Sequence record: MT511058.1
DNA: 46,150 nt
Strand: one strand, 5' to 3'
Origin: Escherichia phage vB_EcoD_SU57
Positions within the stretch are counted from its first letter, which is position 1. Each line of letters starts with the position of its first letter. This document shows positions 6,412 through 15,826 of the stretch, piece after piece. Both the position numbers and the translations under genes were made by a program. A model generated the notes under the pieces. That model saw only the letters and a program-made list of their open reading frames with translations, was not told where the DNA came from and did no database searches.

Positions 6412-7983
6412 ATGAGTGACTTAATCGTATGGGATGAACTGACATACGCAGAAAAGATGGCTATCAAGGCCATCTCTGAGCATAGTTTCGAGGGGTTCTT
6501 GCGGTGTTTCTTCCAGATAACTCAGGGCGAGAGATTCAAAATGAATTGGCATGCTAAGTACCTTTGCCGCGTCATTGATGAGATTCTTGAGGGTAAGAGA
6601 AAGGATACCATCATAAACGTAGCTCCTGGATCAGCCAAAACCGAACTGTTTAGCATCCACTTCCCTGTATATAGCATGATTAAGATTAAGAAGGTCAGGA
6701 ATCTTAGTTTGTCATTCTCTGACTCATTGGTTAAGCGCAACTCCAAGCGCGTCCGTGACCTGATTAAGTCAAAGGAGTTCCAGGAGCTTTGGCCTTGCAC
6801 CTTTGGAACGTGCAGGGATGACGAGATTCAGGTGCTGGATGAGAGTGGCAAAGTTAGGTTTGAGTCTATATCTAAGGCGATGGCAGGACAGGTGACTGGA
6901 AGCAGGGGCGGCTACATGACTGACGATTATAGTGGTTGCATAATGCTGGATGACCCACTAAAGCCTGATGACGCGTTAAGTAATGTAAGAAGAGAGGCTG
7001 TCAATATGCTTCTCAAGAACACAATTCGTTCACGTCGAGCTAGCTCAGTAAATGGAAAGGAAACGCCAATACTTTCCGTGCAGCAAAGACTTCATGTTCT
7101 GGACACTAGCCACTTCATGGAGTCAGGGCAAATGGGCATAAAGTTCGACGTAGTGAAAGTTCCAGCCATAGTCACAGAGGATTACGCCGACACGCTTCCT
7201 GATTGGATCAAACAACAATTTATTGATGATGTTCTTTCATCACCATTTGTAGAGCGGGATGGAGTTAAGTATTACAGCTACTTTCCGGCAAAGGAGTCAA
7301 TAGAAGACCTGATGGCTATGTGGGATGCTGACCCGTACACGTTCCTTAGTCAGTACCAGCAGGAACCTGTAGCTCTGGGCGGCAATCTTATTAATGTTGA
7401 TTGGTTCCAGCATCTTAGTGATACGTTCAGACCTCCAGCTAAGTACGACTATCGATTCATCACATGCGATACCGCAATGACCACTAAAAGTTACAGCGAC
7501 TTCTCTGTTCTTCAGTTGTGGGGCTATAAAGATGCTAAGATTTACCTTATTGATCAGCGCAGGGGTAAATGGGAGGCCCCAGAGTTGGAGGCTGAACTGC
7601 TGGACTTCGAGAAGAAATCAAGGGCAACCAGTCAGTCAGATGGTATCCTCAGAAAGATTATTATCGAGAAGAAAGCGTCTGGTATCGGCCTGATTCAATC
7701 AGCTGGCAGGGTTATGCGAACACCGATAGAGCCATACGTACCGGATAATGACAAGCTAACCAGGGTGATGAGTGCACTACCACAGATTAAGGCTGGTAAC
7801 GTAGTTCTTCCAGAGTCATCGCCGTGGCTAAACGGTTTGCTCACTGAGGTTGCGGCTTTTACGGCAGATGACTCGCATAAGCACGACGACCAAATTGACT
7901 GTCTAACAATGGCGGCAAACCTTGTACTTAACATCGCGGATGATCCTAAGGCGAGACTGATGCGCATAGCGGGAATGAAATAG
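6412..7983 (+). CDS. terL: terminase large subunit
   Basis: P-loop like VAPGSAKT, Walker B IMLDDP, C-terminal nuclease-type acidic residues; 523 aa. Confidence 0.85.
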   Translation: MSDLIVWDELTYAEKMAIKAISEHSFEGFLRCFFQITQGERFKMNWHAKYLCRVIDEILEGKRKDTIINVAPGSAKTELFSIHFPVYSMIKIKKVRNLSLSFSDSLVKRNSKRVRDLIKSKEFQELWPCTFGTCRDDEIQVLDESGKVRFESISKAMAGQVTGSRGGYMTDDYSGCIMLDDPLKPDDALSNVRREAVNMLLKNTIRSRRASSVNGKETPILSVQQRLHVLDTSHFMESGQMGIKFDVVKVPAIVTEDYADTLPDWIKQQFIDDVLSSPFVERDGVKYYSYFPAKESIEDLMAMWDADPYTFLSQYQQEPVALGGNLINVDWFQHLSDTFRPPAKYDYRFITCDTAMTTKSYSDFSVLQLWGYKDAKIYLIDQRRGKWEAPELEAELLDFEKKSRATSQSDGILRKIIIEKKASGIGLIQSAGRVMRTPIEPYVPDNDKLTRVMSALPQIKAGNVVLPESSPWLNGLLTEVAAFTADDSHKHDDQIDCLTMAANLVLNIADDPKARLMRIAGMK

Positions 7984-8023
7984 CACAAATTGCTAAACAC
8001 TAAAGCTACGGATGGCGTATAGT
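7980..8023 (+). promoter_or_regulatory. box ATAGCACAAATTGCTAAAC plus TATAGT at 22 nt
   Basis: box overlaps terL stop; leader GTATAGTTACTTCACACAAACGAGAGGAG identical to copy at 20020. Confidence 0.55.
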
Positions 8024-8052
8024 TACTTCACACAAACGAGAGGAGAAGAAAG

Positions 8053-8385
8053 ATGAAGGCAGTATTTAAAGGTTATAAAAAAGCTGGTCGTTTGGAATTT
8101 ACTATTGGTAAGATTTATGAGTTATCAGAAACACGCGGAGTGGGTGGATATATGGGGGTGACTGATGACAGTGGCTTTCGGGCAATATTTATCCCAGACA
8201 ACATCTATGATTTCGAGGTGTTGATCCCAGATGAATTTATCGGTAAAGAAAAGCAATTCAAATACTACATCAATGGTGAAGCTGTTTCTAAAGTCAAGTT
8301 CGATGATACGCTGTTATGCGTCAAGGAATTTAAATCTGATGGCATTGATACATCATCAATCAAGTTCGAAGTAAAATTCGAGTAA
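8053..8385 (+). CDS. hypothetical accessory protein (110 aa), paralog of 20054-20407
   Basis: shared FKGYKK N-terminus, KY.NG..V.K..FDD.LL and FEV.FE C-terminus; own box promoter and terminator. Confidence 0.6.
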   Translation: MKAVFKGYKKAGRLEFTIGKIYELSETRGVGGYMGVTDDSGFRAIFIPDNIYDFEVLIPDEFIGKEKQFKYYINGEAVSKVKFDDTLLCVKEFKSDGIDTSSIKFEVKFE

Positions 8386-8406
8386 CCACAAAAGCTATGA
8401 TAAACT

Positions 8407-8429
8407 AGCCCCTACATGGGGCTTTTTTT
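8407..8429 (+). terminator. rho-independent terminator (AGCCCC TACAT GGGGCT plus T-run)
   Basis: hairpin plus T-run, immediately followed by portal RBS. Confidence 0.65.
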
Positions 8430-8442
8430 ATTGGAGAAAAAC

Positions 8443-9705
8443 ATGGTCAAGACAGACAGCTACGCCAATATCTTTCTCGGCGGCAGTGATGGTAGTGAGA
8501 TTTACGGAAGTTTACAGAATCAAGCGCCTACAATTCTGGCTTCTCTTTATGCTGATAATGCGCTGGTTCGTAGAATTATCGACACAATCCCGGAGACGGC
8601 ATTGGCGGCAGGATTCCACATTGATGGCATTGATGATGAACCTGAATTCTGGTCTCGCTGGGACTACCTAGAGCTAACAAAACACATCAATGAAGCCTGG
8701 TCTTGGGCTAGATTGTTCGGAGGCTCTGCAATTGTTGCTATCGTTAAGGACAATAGAGCGTTAACAAGCCCGGTCAGAGAAGGTGCAGAACTTGAAACTG
8801 TACGCGTTTACGACCGCACACAAGTAAAAGTACAAACTCGAGAGGAGAATCCGCGCAACGCACGTTTTGGTAAGCCACTGACATATCGAATTACCACTAA
8901 CGAAAGCGATATGTTCTACGACGTGCACTACAGCCGCATTCACATTATTGATGGCGAGCGCTTGCCCAACGTAATGCGTCGGCAAAATGATGGCTGGGGC
9001 CGAAGTGTTCTGTCCAGTGACATTCTTGACTCAATCAAGGATTACACCAACTGCGAAAGGCTGGCGACTCAACTGCTCAAGCGTAAACAGCAAGCGGTCT
9101 GGAAAGTCAAGGACCTGGCATTGCTTTGTGATGATAGTGAAGGAGTTGGCGCGGCTCGTTTACGTCTCGCTCAAGTTGATAACAACAGCGGAGTTGGTCA
9201 GGCTATTGGGATTGACGCGGAATCTGAAGAATACAGCGTTCTAAACTCTGACATTGGCGGGATTGATGCGTTCCTGGATAAGAAGTTTGACAGAATCGTT
9301 GCTCTGAGCGGCATCCATGAAATAATCCTGAAGAACAAGAACGTCGGCGGCTTATCATCAAGCCAGAATACAGCGCTTGAGACATTCCATAAGCTAGTCG
9401 ATCGAAAGCGTAACGCTGAACTACTGCCGATTCTCGGGTTCATAATTCCGTTCATTTCAGACGAGCAAGAATGGTCTGTAGAGTTTAATCCTCTAGCTCA
9501 GGAATCAAGCAAGGATAAGGCGGAGATTCTGGAGAAGAACGTAAACAGCATTGCGGCACTAATTGCATCTGGCGCTATGGATACTAACGAAGCCCGTGAT
9601 ACACTACGCACTATCGCACCAGAAATTAAGATTGGTGATGGCGATATTGAACCTAAAGAACCAGTCCAGGAAGCAATGGCGCCGACAGAGGAACCTAATG
9701 AATGA
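8443..9705 (+). CDS. portal protein (putative)
   Basis: 420 aa gene directly after terL region; start moved to ATG 8443 after terminator and GGAG RBS. Confidence 0.65.
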   Translation: MVKTDSYANIFLGGSDGSEIYGSLQNQAPTILASLYADNALVRRIIDTIPETALAAGFHIDGIDDEPEFWSRWDYLELTKHINEAWSWARLFGGSAIVAIVKDNRALTSPVREGAELETVRVYDRTQVKVQTREENPRNARFGKPLTYRITTNESDMFYDVHYSRIHIIDGERLPNVMRRQNDGWGRSVLSSDILDSIKDYTNCERLATQLLKRKQQAVWKVKDLALLCDDSEGVGAARLRLAQVDNNSGVGQAIGIDAESEEYSVLNSDIGGIDAFLDKKFDRIVALSGIHEIILKNKNVGGLSSSQNTALETFHKLVDRKRNAELLPILGFIIPFISDEQEWSVEFNPLAQESSKDKAEILEKNVNSIAALIASGAMDTNEARDTLRTIAPEIKIGDGDIEPKEPVQEAMAPTEEPNE

Positions 9706-9738
9706 TGAATTTGATGGCTTTTAGTGAGGAGAATTGGG

Positions 9739-10827
9739 ATGTGTAAAATCCGCTATGACAGCGCAAAGTTTAAGGCAACAATCGACGAGAATGGATTCTT
9801 AGTCGACACGCCAGTGGTGGCGCGTCTAGGCGTGCAAGTCTACTACATGGAGGACGGTCGAACGGTTCGGGAGTTTCGCCCAGCGGAGGAGGTTTTCAAG
9901 GATGAATCTCTAGCCAGCTACCAGGGTAAGCCAATGACTCTTGACCATGTTTTCGTTAACTCAGAGAACGCTAAAGAGGTAGTAGTTGGCTCAGTTGCTG
10001 GAAAGGCAGAGCCATTAGGCAGCTCCGTGGTTGCTCCAATTGTTATTTACGATAACACAGCAATTAAGGAAGCTATGGCAGGTAATGCCAAAGAGTTATC
10101 CGTTGGGTACTCATCGGTTATTGATTACACTCCCGGCTGGGGCGACCCTGTTACTGGCGAGTACTTCCTTAATTCTGAAAGTGAGTTATTCGACGTACCA
10201 GAAGGATGGCAGGAGTTCGACGCAATTCAGCGTGACATTAAAGTGAACCATCTGGCAATGGTGTATCGAGGTCGTGCAGGTATTGCCAAATTGAATATGG
10301 ACGGTGAGCAGGAAAACCCGTATACTACTGACGTTGATATCAATAAAGAGGATAAACAGGAAATGACAGTTAAAATTAAACTCGACGGCGCGCAGGAATT
10401 CGAAGTCGCCCCGGAAATCGCTTCTCACATCGAATCACTGAACGCAAAGGCTGACACTGCAATCGCAGAGCGCGATGCACTGAAAGCTAAAGTAGATGCA
10501 ATTCCTGCTGAAATCGAGGCCGCAGTTGCTAAAGCGAAAGCTGACGCTGATGCCCTGGCCGCTCTGGTTGCTGCTGCTGCTGAAGCTGGTGTAAAGGCTG
10601 ATGGTCTGGATGCTAAAGGTATTAAAGTTGCCTACGTTAAAGAAATCTCCGGCCTTGATGTTTCCGAGAGGTCTGACGCATACATCGACGCAGCGTTCGA
10701 CATTGCCAAAGAATCTGATAAAATGGCTGAAGTGCGTAAAGCGACTACCGCTTCCGAAAAATCTGACAGCGCCGATGAGCCTAAGAAATTAGACCCGCGC
10801 GCTCGTTTAGCTAAAATTAAGAAATAA
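9739..10827 (+). CDS. head morphogenesis protein with Ala/Lys/Glu-rich scaffold-like C-terminal half (possible protease-scaffold fusion)
   Basis: position between portal and capsid genes; coiled-coil-like C-terminus; start at ATG 9739 after GAGGAG. Confidence 0.45.
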   Translation: MCKIRYDSAKFKATIDENGFLVDTPVVARLGVQVYYMEDGRTVREFRPAEEVFKDESLASYQGKPMTLDHVFVNSENAKEVVVGSVAGKAEPLGSSVVAPIVIYDNTAIKEAMAGNAKELSVGYSSVIDYTPGWGDPVTGEYFLNSESELFDVPEGWQEFDAIQRDIKVNHLAMVYRGRAGIAKLNMDGEQENPYTTDVDINKEDKQEMTVKIKLDGAQEFEVAPEIASHIESLNAKADTAIAERDALKAKVDAIPAEIEAAVAKAKADADALAALVAAAAEAGVKADGLDAKGIKVAYVKEISGLDVSERSDAYIDAAFDIAKESDKMAEVRKATTASEKSDSADEPKKLDPRARLAKIKK

Positions 10828-10839
10828 GGAGTTATAAAC

Positions 10840-11361
10840 ATGGCAATTCGTTCCGTAGCACTGGCTGGTATGGTTTCTGATACTTCTCTGTATAACATCG
10901 ACGGCGCTTGTGTAGTTGGTGGTGCAGCAGCAATTCCGGTTGGCACTGTTGTTGGTGTTACATCCGCTCAGCCTGTAGATGGTCACAAGGTTGTTGGCCT
11001 CCCTGCTGTAACTGGTACACCAGTTAAACCCTATGGTGTTGTTGTTAAATCTCATTACGAGACTCCAGATGGCACAGCTCGCGTAAATGAAGCGGTTAAC
11101 GTAATGACTCATGGTCGAATCTGGGTTCGTACAACTCTAGCGGCTGCGCCAGTTTTTGGTAGTAAGGTTTACGTAAACGCGAGTGGCGTTGTTGCTGCTG
11201 AGGCTGCTACCACTACCTGGGAAACTGGTTTTACATTTGCTGGTGGCTATGTGTCGGCTTACGCTGGCGGCGCTGACCCAATTAAGCAAGGTGAAAGCGT
11301 TGATGGTGCAATGGTTGAGGTTCAGTTGATTCAATCAGCAGACTCAACTGTCGCTGCTTAA
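10840..11361 (+). CDS. head-associated structural protein (decoration or accessory), 173 aa
   Basis: position immediately upstream of major capsid gene; Gly/Val/Ala-rich. Confidence 0.35.
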   Translation: MAIRSVALAGMVSDTSLYNIDGACVVGGAAAIPVGTVVGVTSAQPVDGHKVVGLPAVTGTPVKPYGVVVKSHYETPDGTARVNEAVNVMTHGRIWVRTTLAAAPVFGSKVYVNASGVVAAEAATTTWETGFTFAGGYVSAYAGGADPIKQGESVDGAMVEVQLIQSADSTVAA

Positions 11362-11376
11362 TAATTAAGATATATA

Positions 11377-11399
11377 AAGCCTCCTTCGGGAGGTTTTTT
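11377..11399 (+). terminator. rho-independent terminator (AAGCCTCC TTCG GGAGGTTT plus T-run)
   Basis: hairpin plus T-run. Confidence 0.65.
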
Positions 11400-11438
11400 A
11401 TTGCCCGTCATCCCACCATTGCGTGGGCTAAAAACTCG

Positions 11439-11446
11439 TGTATAAT
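11439..11446 (+). promoter_or_regulatory. TATAAT -10 element upstream of major capsid gene
   Basis: TGTATAAT about 39 nt upstream of ATG 11485. Confidence 0.4.
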
Positions 11447-11484
11447 GAACCCGTAGACACCTAACTGAAAAGGAACAATAAAGA

Positions 11485-12432
11485 ATGGCTATTAAATTTG
11501 ATGCAGAACAAGCAAAAATCACCGCTCACCTCGAGCAAATGGGCGTAGATAAGGCAGATGCCGCTGGCATCTGGACCGTTAAGCAGTTGACTGCTACTCT
11601 GAATCGCGCTTACGAGAAAGAATACCCGGATAACTCCGTTGTTAATATCTTCCCTGTAAGTAACGAAATTCCAAGTCACGCAAAATACTTTGAGTACCCG
11701 GAGTTCGATGGTGTAGGTATTGCTCAGATTATCGCTGATTACTCTGATGACCTGCCGCTGGTTGATGCTTTCATGACTGAGAAACAGGGTAAAGTTTTCC
11801 GCTTCGGTAACGCGTTCCTCGTTTCTGTTGACGAAATCAAAGCTGGTGCAGCAACAGGTCAGCCACTATCAACTCGCAAGCAAGCCCTGGCTTTTGAAGC
11901 GCACGACAACCTGCTGGATAAACTGGTTTGGTCAGGTTCAGTTCCGCACGGTATTACTAGTGTATTTAACGCTCCTAACGTTAACCAGGTAACAGCATCT
12001 GCTGGTGGTTGGCAGTCAGCAGCAGTAGCGGTGGCAGATATCACAAACATGATTGACGCTATCGAGACGACAACTCAGGGTGTTCACAGTGCAACCGATA
12101 TTATTCTGCCAGCATCCGCTCGTCGACTGATGCAGCAGCTGGTTCAGAATACTACTATCAGCTACGGCGAGTTGTTTACTCGTAACAACCCAGGCGTAAC
12201 ACTGCGTTACCTTCAGTTCCTGGATAACTATGATGGCGCAGGTGGTAAAGCGGCTCTTGCATTTGAGAAAGACCCTCTGAACCTCAGCATTGAGATTCCG
12301 GAAGCAACTAACGTACTTCCTGGTCAGCCAAAGGATTTGCACTTCAAGTACCCTGTTACCTCGAAGTCTACCGGGTTGATTATCTACCGTCCGCTGACTG
12401 TTTCGGTACTGAAAGGAATTACCTACCCTTAA
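11485..12432 (+). CDS. major capsid protein (putative)
   Basis: 315 aa gene in head module bracketed by terminators and own promoter, consistent with high expression. Confidence 0.65.
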   Translation: MAIKFDAEQAKITAHLEQMGVDKADAAGIWTVKQLTATLNRAYEKEYPDNSVVNIFPVSNEIPSHAKYFEYPEFDGVGIAQIIADYSDDLPLVDAFMTEKQGKVFRFGNAFLVSVDEIKAGAATGQPLSTRKQALAFEAHDNLLDKLVWSGSVPHGITSVFNAPNVNQVTASAGGWQSAAVAVADITNMIDAIETTTQGVHSATDIILPASARRLMQQLVQNTTISYGELFTRNNPGVTLRYLQFLDNYDGAGGKAALAFEKDPLNLSIEIPEATNVLPGQPKDLHFKYPVTSKSTGLIIYRPLTVSVLKGITYP

Positions 12433-12437
12433 TAAAT

Positions 12438-12461
12438 CGCCCTCTTAGGAGGGCTTTTTTT
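12438..12461 (+). terminator. rho-independent terminator (GCCCTC TTAG GAGGGC plus T-run)
   Basis: hairpin plus T-run after capsid gene. Confidence 0.65.
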
Positions 12462-12524
12462 CGCCTGTACCAAATCGTTTTGTTGAGTTATAATCACTGA
12501 ATCAGATAAACAAAGGAGATTAAA

Positions 12525-12770
12525 ATGATTCGTTTAGAACACACTGGCGCTTGCTTTATCATGATTGATGGTAAGGGTTATGTTCCAGGTGATTTTATTG
12601 AAACCGAAGTGCTTAGCGCTGGCATTAAACAGCTAATTGCAGAAGGTCGCCTAACTCTGGCTGATGACCCTAAAGAGTCAAAAAAGATTGCTGAAGAGAT
12701 TTCGAGCAAGCGTAAGCGCAAAGAACCGAAAACCATCTCCGAAGCTGAGACTGGTAACGAGTACAAATAA
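12525..12770 (+). CDS. hypothetical head-module protein (81 aa)
   Basis: ORF with AAGGAG RBS and TATAAT at 12489. Confidence 0.5.
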   Translation: MIRLEHTGACFIMIDGKGYVPGDFIETEVLSAGIKQLIAEGRLTLADDPKESKKIAEEISSKRKRKEPKTISEAETGNEYK

Positions 12771-12811
12771 CAAACAGGGCGCTTCGGCGTCCTTTATTGT
12801 ATGGAGCTAAT

Positions 12812-13213
12812 ATGAATGATGCAATTTTGGCATTTATGCGATCGCTTGTTCCTGCGCTCAAAGCGGTGGATGACGAATCAATTAATGTATGGATTGATTT
12901 GGCACGTCTATACGTATGCGAAAGCAAGTTTGGCGCAGACAAAGACAAGGCTACCGCGCTTTATGCACTACACCTGATGCTTGCTGATGGCGCATTTAAG
13001 GGTGAGAATGAGGGTCTGGAAACATACAGTCGTAGAATGGCAAGTTACGCACTGAGTGGTGAGTTCTCTATCACTTATGATAACCAATCAGCAATCCAGG
13101 GTGACTTATCATCTTCCTCATGGGGCCGCATGTACAAAGCACTCCTCCGCAAGAAAGGTGGCGGCTTTGGATTGATTACTTCCGCTGCTGGCGGTGGGTG
13201 CGGTTGCCGATGA
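12812..13213 (+). CDS. head-tail connector/adaptor protein (putative, gp6-like)
   Basis: position and size; start at ATG 12812 after GGAG. Confidence 0.4.
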   Translation: MNDAILAFMRSLVPALKAVDDESINVWIDLARLYVCESKFGADKDKATALYALHLMLADGAFKGENEGLETYSRRMASYALSGEFSITYDNQSAIQGDLSSSSWGRMYKALLRKKGGGFGLITSAAGGGCGCR

Positions 13214-13581
13214 ACTACAGCGAAATAGAATCAATCACTCGCGCTGGTATTAACTTCTTCAGCGATTCAAATGGCGTTTACGAGATGAGTACAGGCGCTG
13301 GATATGTTGAAATCGTTAACGGCGTTGAGGTAGAAGTGCCAGCAAAAACATTTCAGTTAAAGGGCTTGGTGCGAGAAATCAAGACGCGCGATATAGATGG
13401 TGAGTTTATCCAGTTTGGCGATAAGCGCGGAATCTTCACGGCCCAGGCAGAAATCAAGCAGGGTTATCAGATTAAGGTTGATGGTGAGACTTTTATTGTT
13501 GTTGACTCGAGACCTGTTAAACCGACAGGGACAGTTGTTGGGTATCGACCTATTCTTCGTAGGGTGGCTACTTATGGCTAG
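13210..13581 (+). CDS. head closure / head-tail joining protein (putative)
   Basis: ATGA overlap with upstream gene; position in neck module. Confidence 0.4.
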   Translation: MNYSEIESITRAGINFFSDSNGVYEMSTGAGYVEIVNGVEVEVPAKTFQLKGLVREIKTRDIDGEFIQFGDKRGIFTAQAEIKQGYQIKVDGETFIVVDSRPVKPTGTVVGYRPILRRVATYG

Positions 13582-14011
13582 AAATATTGGGAGCGTTGCT
13601 ACGTTTGAGAAATCTATTGCTGACTGGATTGACATGGCCGATAAGGGATTTGAGATTGTGGTGGCTAATACGGTCACTAAAACAGCTAACGCAATTGTTG
13701 ACCTTTCGCCCGTCGACACTGGTAGGTTCAAGGCTAACTGGCAAATCACCGCAAACTCACCAGCCCAACAGTCTCTTAATGAGTACGACCAGACTGGTGG
13801 CCAGACAAAAACATATCTCGCCAGACAGGCCAGGGCAGTTGCCAATTCAAAGGCCACTAGTGTTATTTATATCACTAACCGACTTGATTACGCTGCTGGG
13901 CTTGAGTATGGCGCATCAAATCAGGCTCCAGCCGGTGTTTTAGGCGTGGTGCAAGCAAGGTTGGGTAGGTATTTCCAGGAAGCAGTAGAGGAGGCGCGTC
14001 GTGCAATATGA
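13574..14011 (+). CDS. tail completion protein (HK97 gp10-like, putative)
   Basis: DTGRFKANW motif typical of gp10-like neck proteins; start at ATG 13574. Confidence 0.45.
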   Translation: MARNIGSVATFEKSIADWIDMADKGFEIVVANTVTKTANAIVDLSPVDTGRFKANWQITANSPAQQSLNEYDQTGGQTKTYLARQARAVANSKATSVIYITNRLDYAAGLEYGASNQAPAGVLGVVQARLGRYFQEAVEEARRAI

Positions 14012-14402
14012 ATTATCATTAGCGGCAAGGAAATTCGTCGACGATTTGTTGGTAAATGAATTTCCCGTCAGGTATCCAGTTGCGTGGGAGAATACTGCAT
14101 TCACTCCTCCAGCAGATGGGTCAATCTGGCTTAAGTACGACTACACAGAAGTTGATACTGTAACCTACGGATTAAGCAGGAAGTGCAAATACTACGTAGG
14201 CATGGTGCAGGTTTCTGTTTTCTTCAGCCCTGGCATTGGAATTGATAAGCCGAGACGGATTGCTAATCAATTGGCAGAATCTATCGTTGATGGTACAATG
14301 CTTGACAGCGGGACCATTTATGAGTCTGGAGTTGTTAACCCGGTTATCAAATCCAAGTCTGGGTGGTTTATCCCGGTTCGTTTTTATGTTCGTCTAGACT
14401 AA
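14001..14402 (+). CDS. tail terminator / neck protein (putative)
   Basis: GTG start with GAGGAGG RBS; position before major tail gene. Confidence 0.4.
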   Translation: MQYELSLAARKFVDDLLVNEFPVRYPVAWENTAFTPPADGSIWLKYDYTEVDTVTYGLSRKCKYYVGMVQVSVFFSPGIGIDKPRRIANQLAESIVDGTMLDSGTIYESGVVNPVIKSKSGWFIPVRFYVRLD

Positions 14403-14417
14403 CAAAAGGAAAAATAC

Positions 14418-15074
14418 ATGGCTCATCTCAGCAATGGCACGCAGGTCTTCGTAGAAGGCTCTCGCGGTGACGCAATTGACGTAACTGCAATTTCTAACGC
14501 AGTTACCCCTGTTTTAACTGTATCTGACGCATCTGGTTTGGTTGTTGGTGATTACCTGCTTTTCACCTCATCGGCCTATACACTTCTGGCCGACAAGCAA
14601 GTACGAATTACTGCAATTTCTGGCACTTCGGTAACAGTTGAAGGTATTGATACCTCCAGCACTACCAAGTTCCCAGCTGGTTTAACTGGTGAAGTTGTTA
14701 AGATCACTTCATGGTTCGAAGTTCCTTGTGTTCAGGATGTATCTACTGATGGTGGCGAACAGCAATTCGTTAACTTCCAGTGTCTTTCTGATGACCGTGA
14801 ACAGCAGATTCCTACTTATAAGTCTGCGGTAACGAACACCTTCACCTTCGCTCACGAGTACACCAACCCGGTCTATCCGGTTCTGCGTAACTATGATGAG
14901 TCAGGACAGGTTGTTGCGATTCGTCTGTTTGTTCCTCGCGCCAGTGAAATGCGCTTGCAGTCCGGCACTATCGCTTTCAACGACACGCCAACTATCGGCG
15001 TAAACGAAATCGAAACGGTATCCATCGCTGTATCCATTCGTGGTCGGCTGTCCTCAGTGGCAGCGGAAGTTTAA
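14418..15074 (+). CDS. major tail protein (putative)
   Basis: 218 aa gene followed by strong terminator and preceding chaperone/tape measure genes. Confidence 0.6.
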   Translation: MAHLSNGTQVFVEGSRGDAIDVTAISNAVTPVLTVSDASGLVVGDYLLFTSSAYTLLADKQVRITAISGTSVTVEGIDTSSTTKFPAGLTGEVVKITSWFEVPCVQDVSTDGGEQQFVNFQCLSDDREQQIPTYKSAVTNTFTFAHEYTNPVYPVLRNYDESGQVVAIRLFVPRASEMRLQSGTIAFNDTPTIGVNEIETVSIAVSIRGRLSSVAAEV

Positions 15075-15082
15075 AACACAAA

Positions 15083-15102
15083 CCCTCTTCGGAGGGTTTT
15101 TT
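15083..15102 (+). terminator. rho-independent terminator (CCCTC TTCG GAGGG plus T-run)
   Basis: hairpin plus T-run; TATAAT at 15119-15124 follows. Confidence 0.65.
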
Positions 15103-15156
15103 ATTGCTACCAACCTGCTATAATGCAATCTCACAAACAATAAGAGGATTAAAAAA

Positions 15157-15471
15157 ATGGCAAAGTTCAAACTTTCACTGGCGGCACTTCCTGACTTTAA
15201 GTTGCCTGTAAAATTCAAGTTGGCTAATGACCAGGATGTAGAGGTTATCTTTACAGTCAAGCACAAGAAAACATCTGAGTTGCAGGAATTACTTAGCAAG
15301 GAAGATTTAAGCACCAAAGAACTTATTATGGCAATTGCCTCTGATTGGGATTTGGAAGAGGAATACAACGAAGATAACGTTAATGAGTTCGCCGACCTGT
15401 TCCCAGCCTCAACAGTTGCATTAACTACCGCTTATATGCAAGCACTTGCTGGTCAGCGAGTAAAAAACTAA
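15157..15471 (+). CDS. tail assembly chaperone G
   Basis: 104 aa acidic protein directly upstream of tape measure; ends just after slippery heptamer. Confidence 0.6.
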   Translation: MAKFKLSLAALPDFKLPVKFKLANDQDVEVIFTVKHKKTSELQELLSKEDLSTKELIMAIASDWDLEEEYNEDNVNEFADLFPASTVALTTAYMQALAGQRVKN

Positions 15472-15791
15472 AACGAGCGGTGTATCTACAGTACCAGTCA
15501 GAGCCAACTGATGCAGAACTGGAAGCTATTGGGATGCGCCGCTCTGATTACGAAGATGAAGAGCCTGAGGCTTTGCACTTCGACGATAACATGATGAAGG
15601 CGTGGGACATTTACTGTTCAATGGCGACGCAGTGGAGAGTTGGAGCTAATGGGGCTACAGGACTTGATTACAACGTGCTAAATTTCCTCTTTAGAGTGTA
15701 TAATGTCTCAGAAGAAGAATTGGTGCTCAGCGATTTACGCATCCTTGAAGCTAAGGCTCTAGAGATGATGGATAACCTGAGAAAAAAATAA
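15157..15791 (+). CDS. tail assembly chaperone GT fusion via programmed -1 frameshift at A AAA AAC (15462-15468)
   Basis: canonical slippery heptamer 1 nt before the G stop; -1 frame stays open to 15791. Confidence 0.5.
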
Positions 15792-15814
15792 CCCGCTTCG
15801 GCGGGTTTTCTATT
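15792..15814 (+). terminator. hairpin (CCCGC TTCG GCGGG) with interrupted T-run
   Basis: stem-loop directly before tape measure RBS. Confidence 0.45.
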
Positions 15815-15826
15815 ATGGAGGCTTAG

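Noticed and set aside
13397-14011. Long track ORFs 13397-14011 and 13587-13943 overlapping neck genes
   Set aside because: 13397 is an upstream extension of the gene that actually starts at ATG 13574 with start-stop coupling; 13587-13943 is an alternative frame inside that gene.
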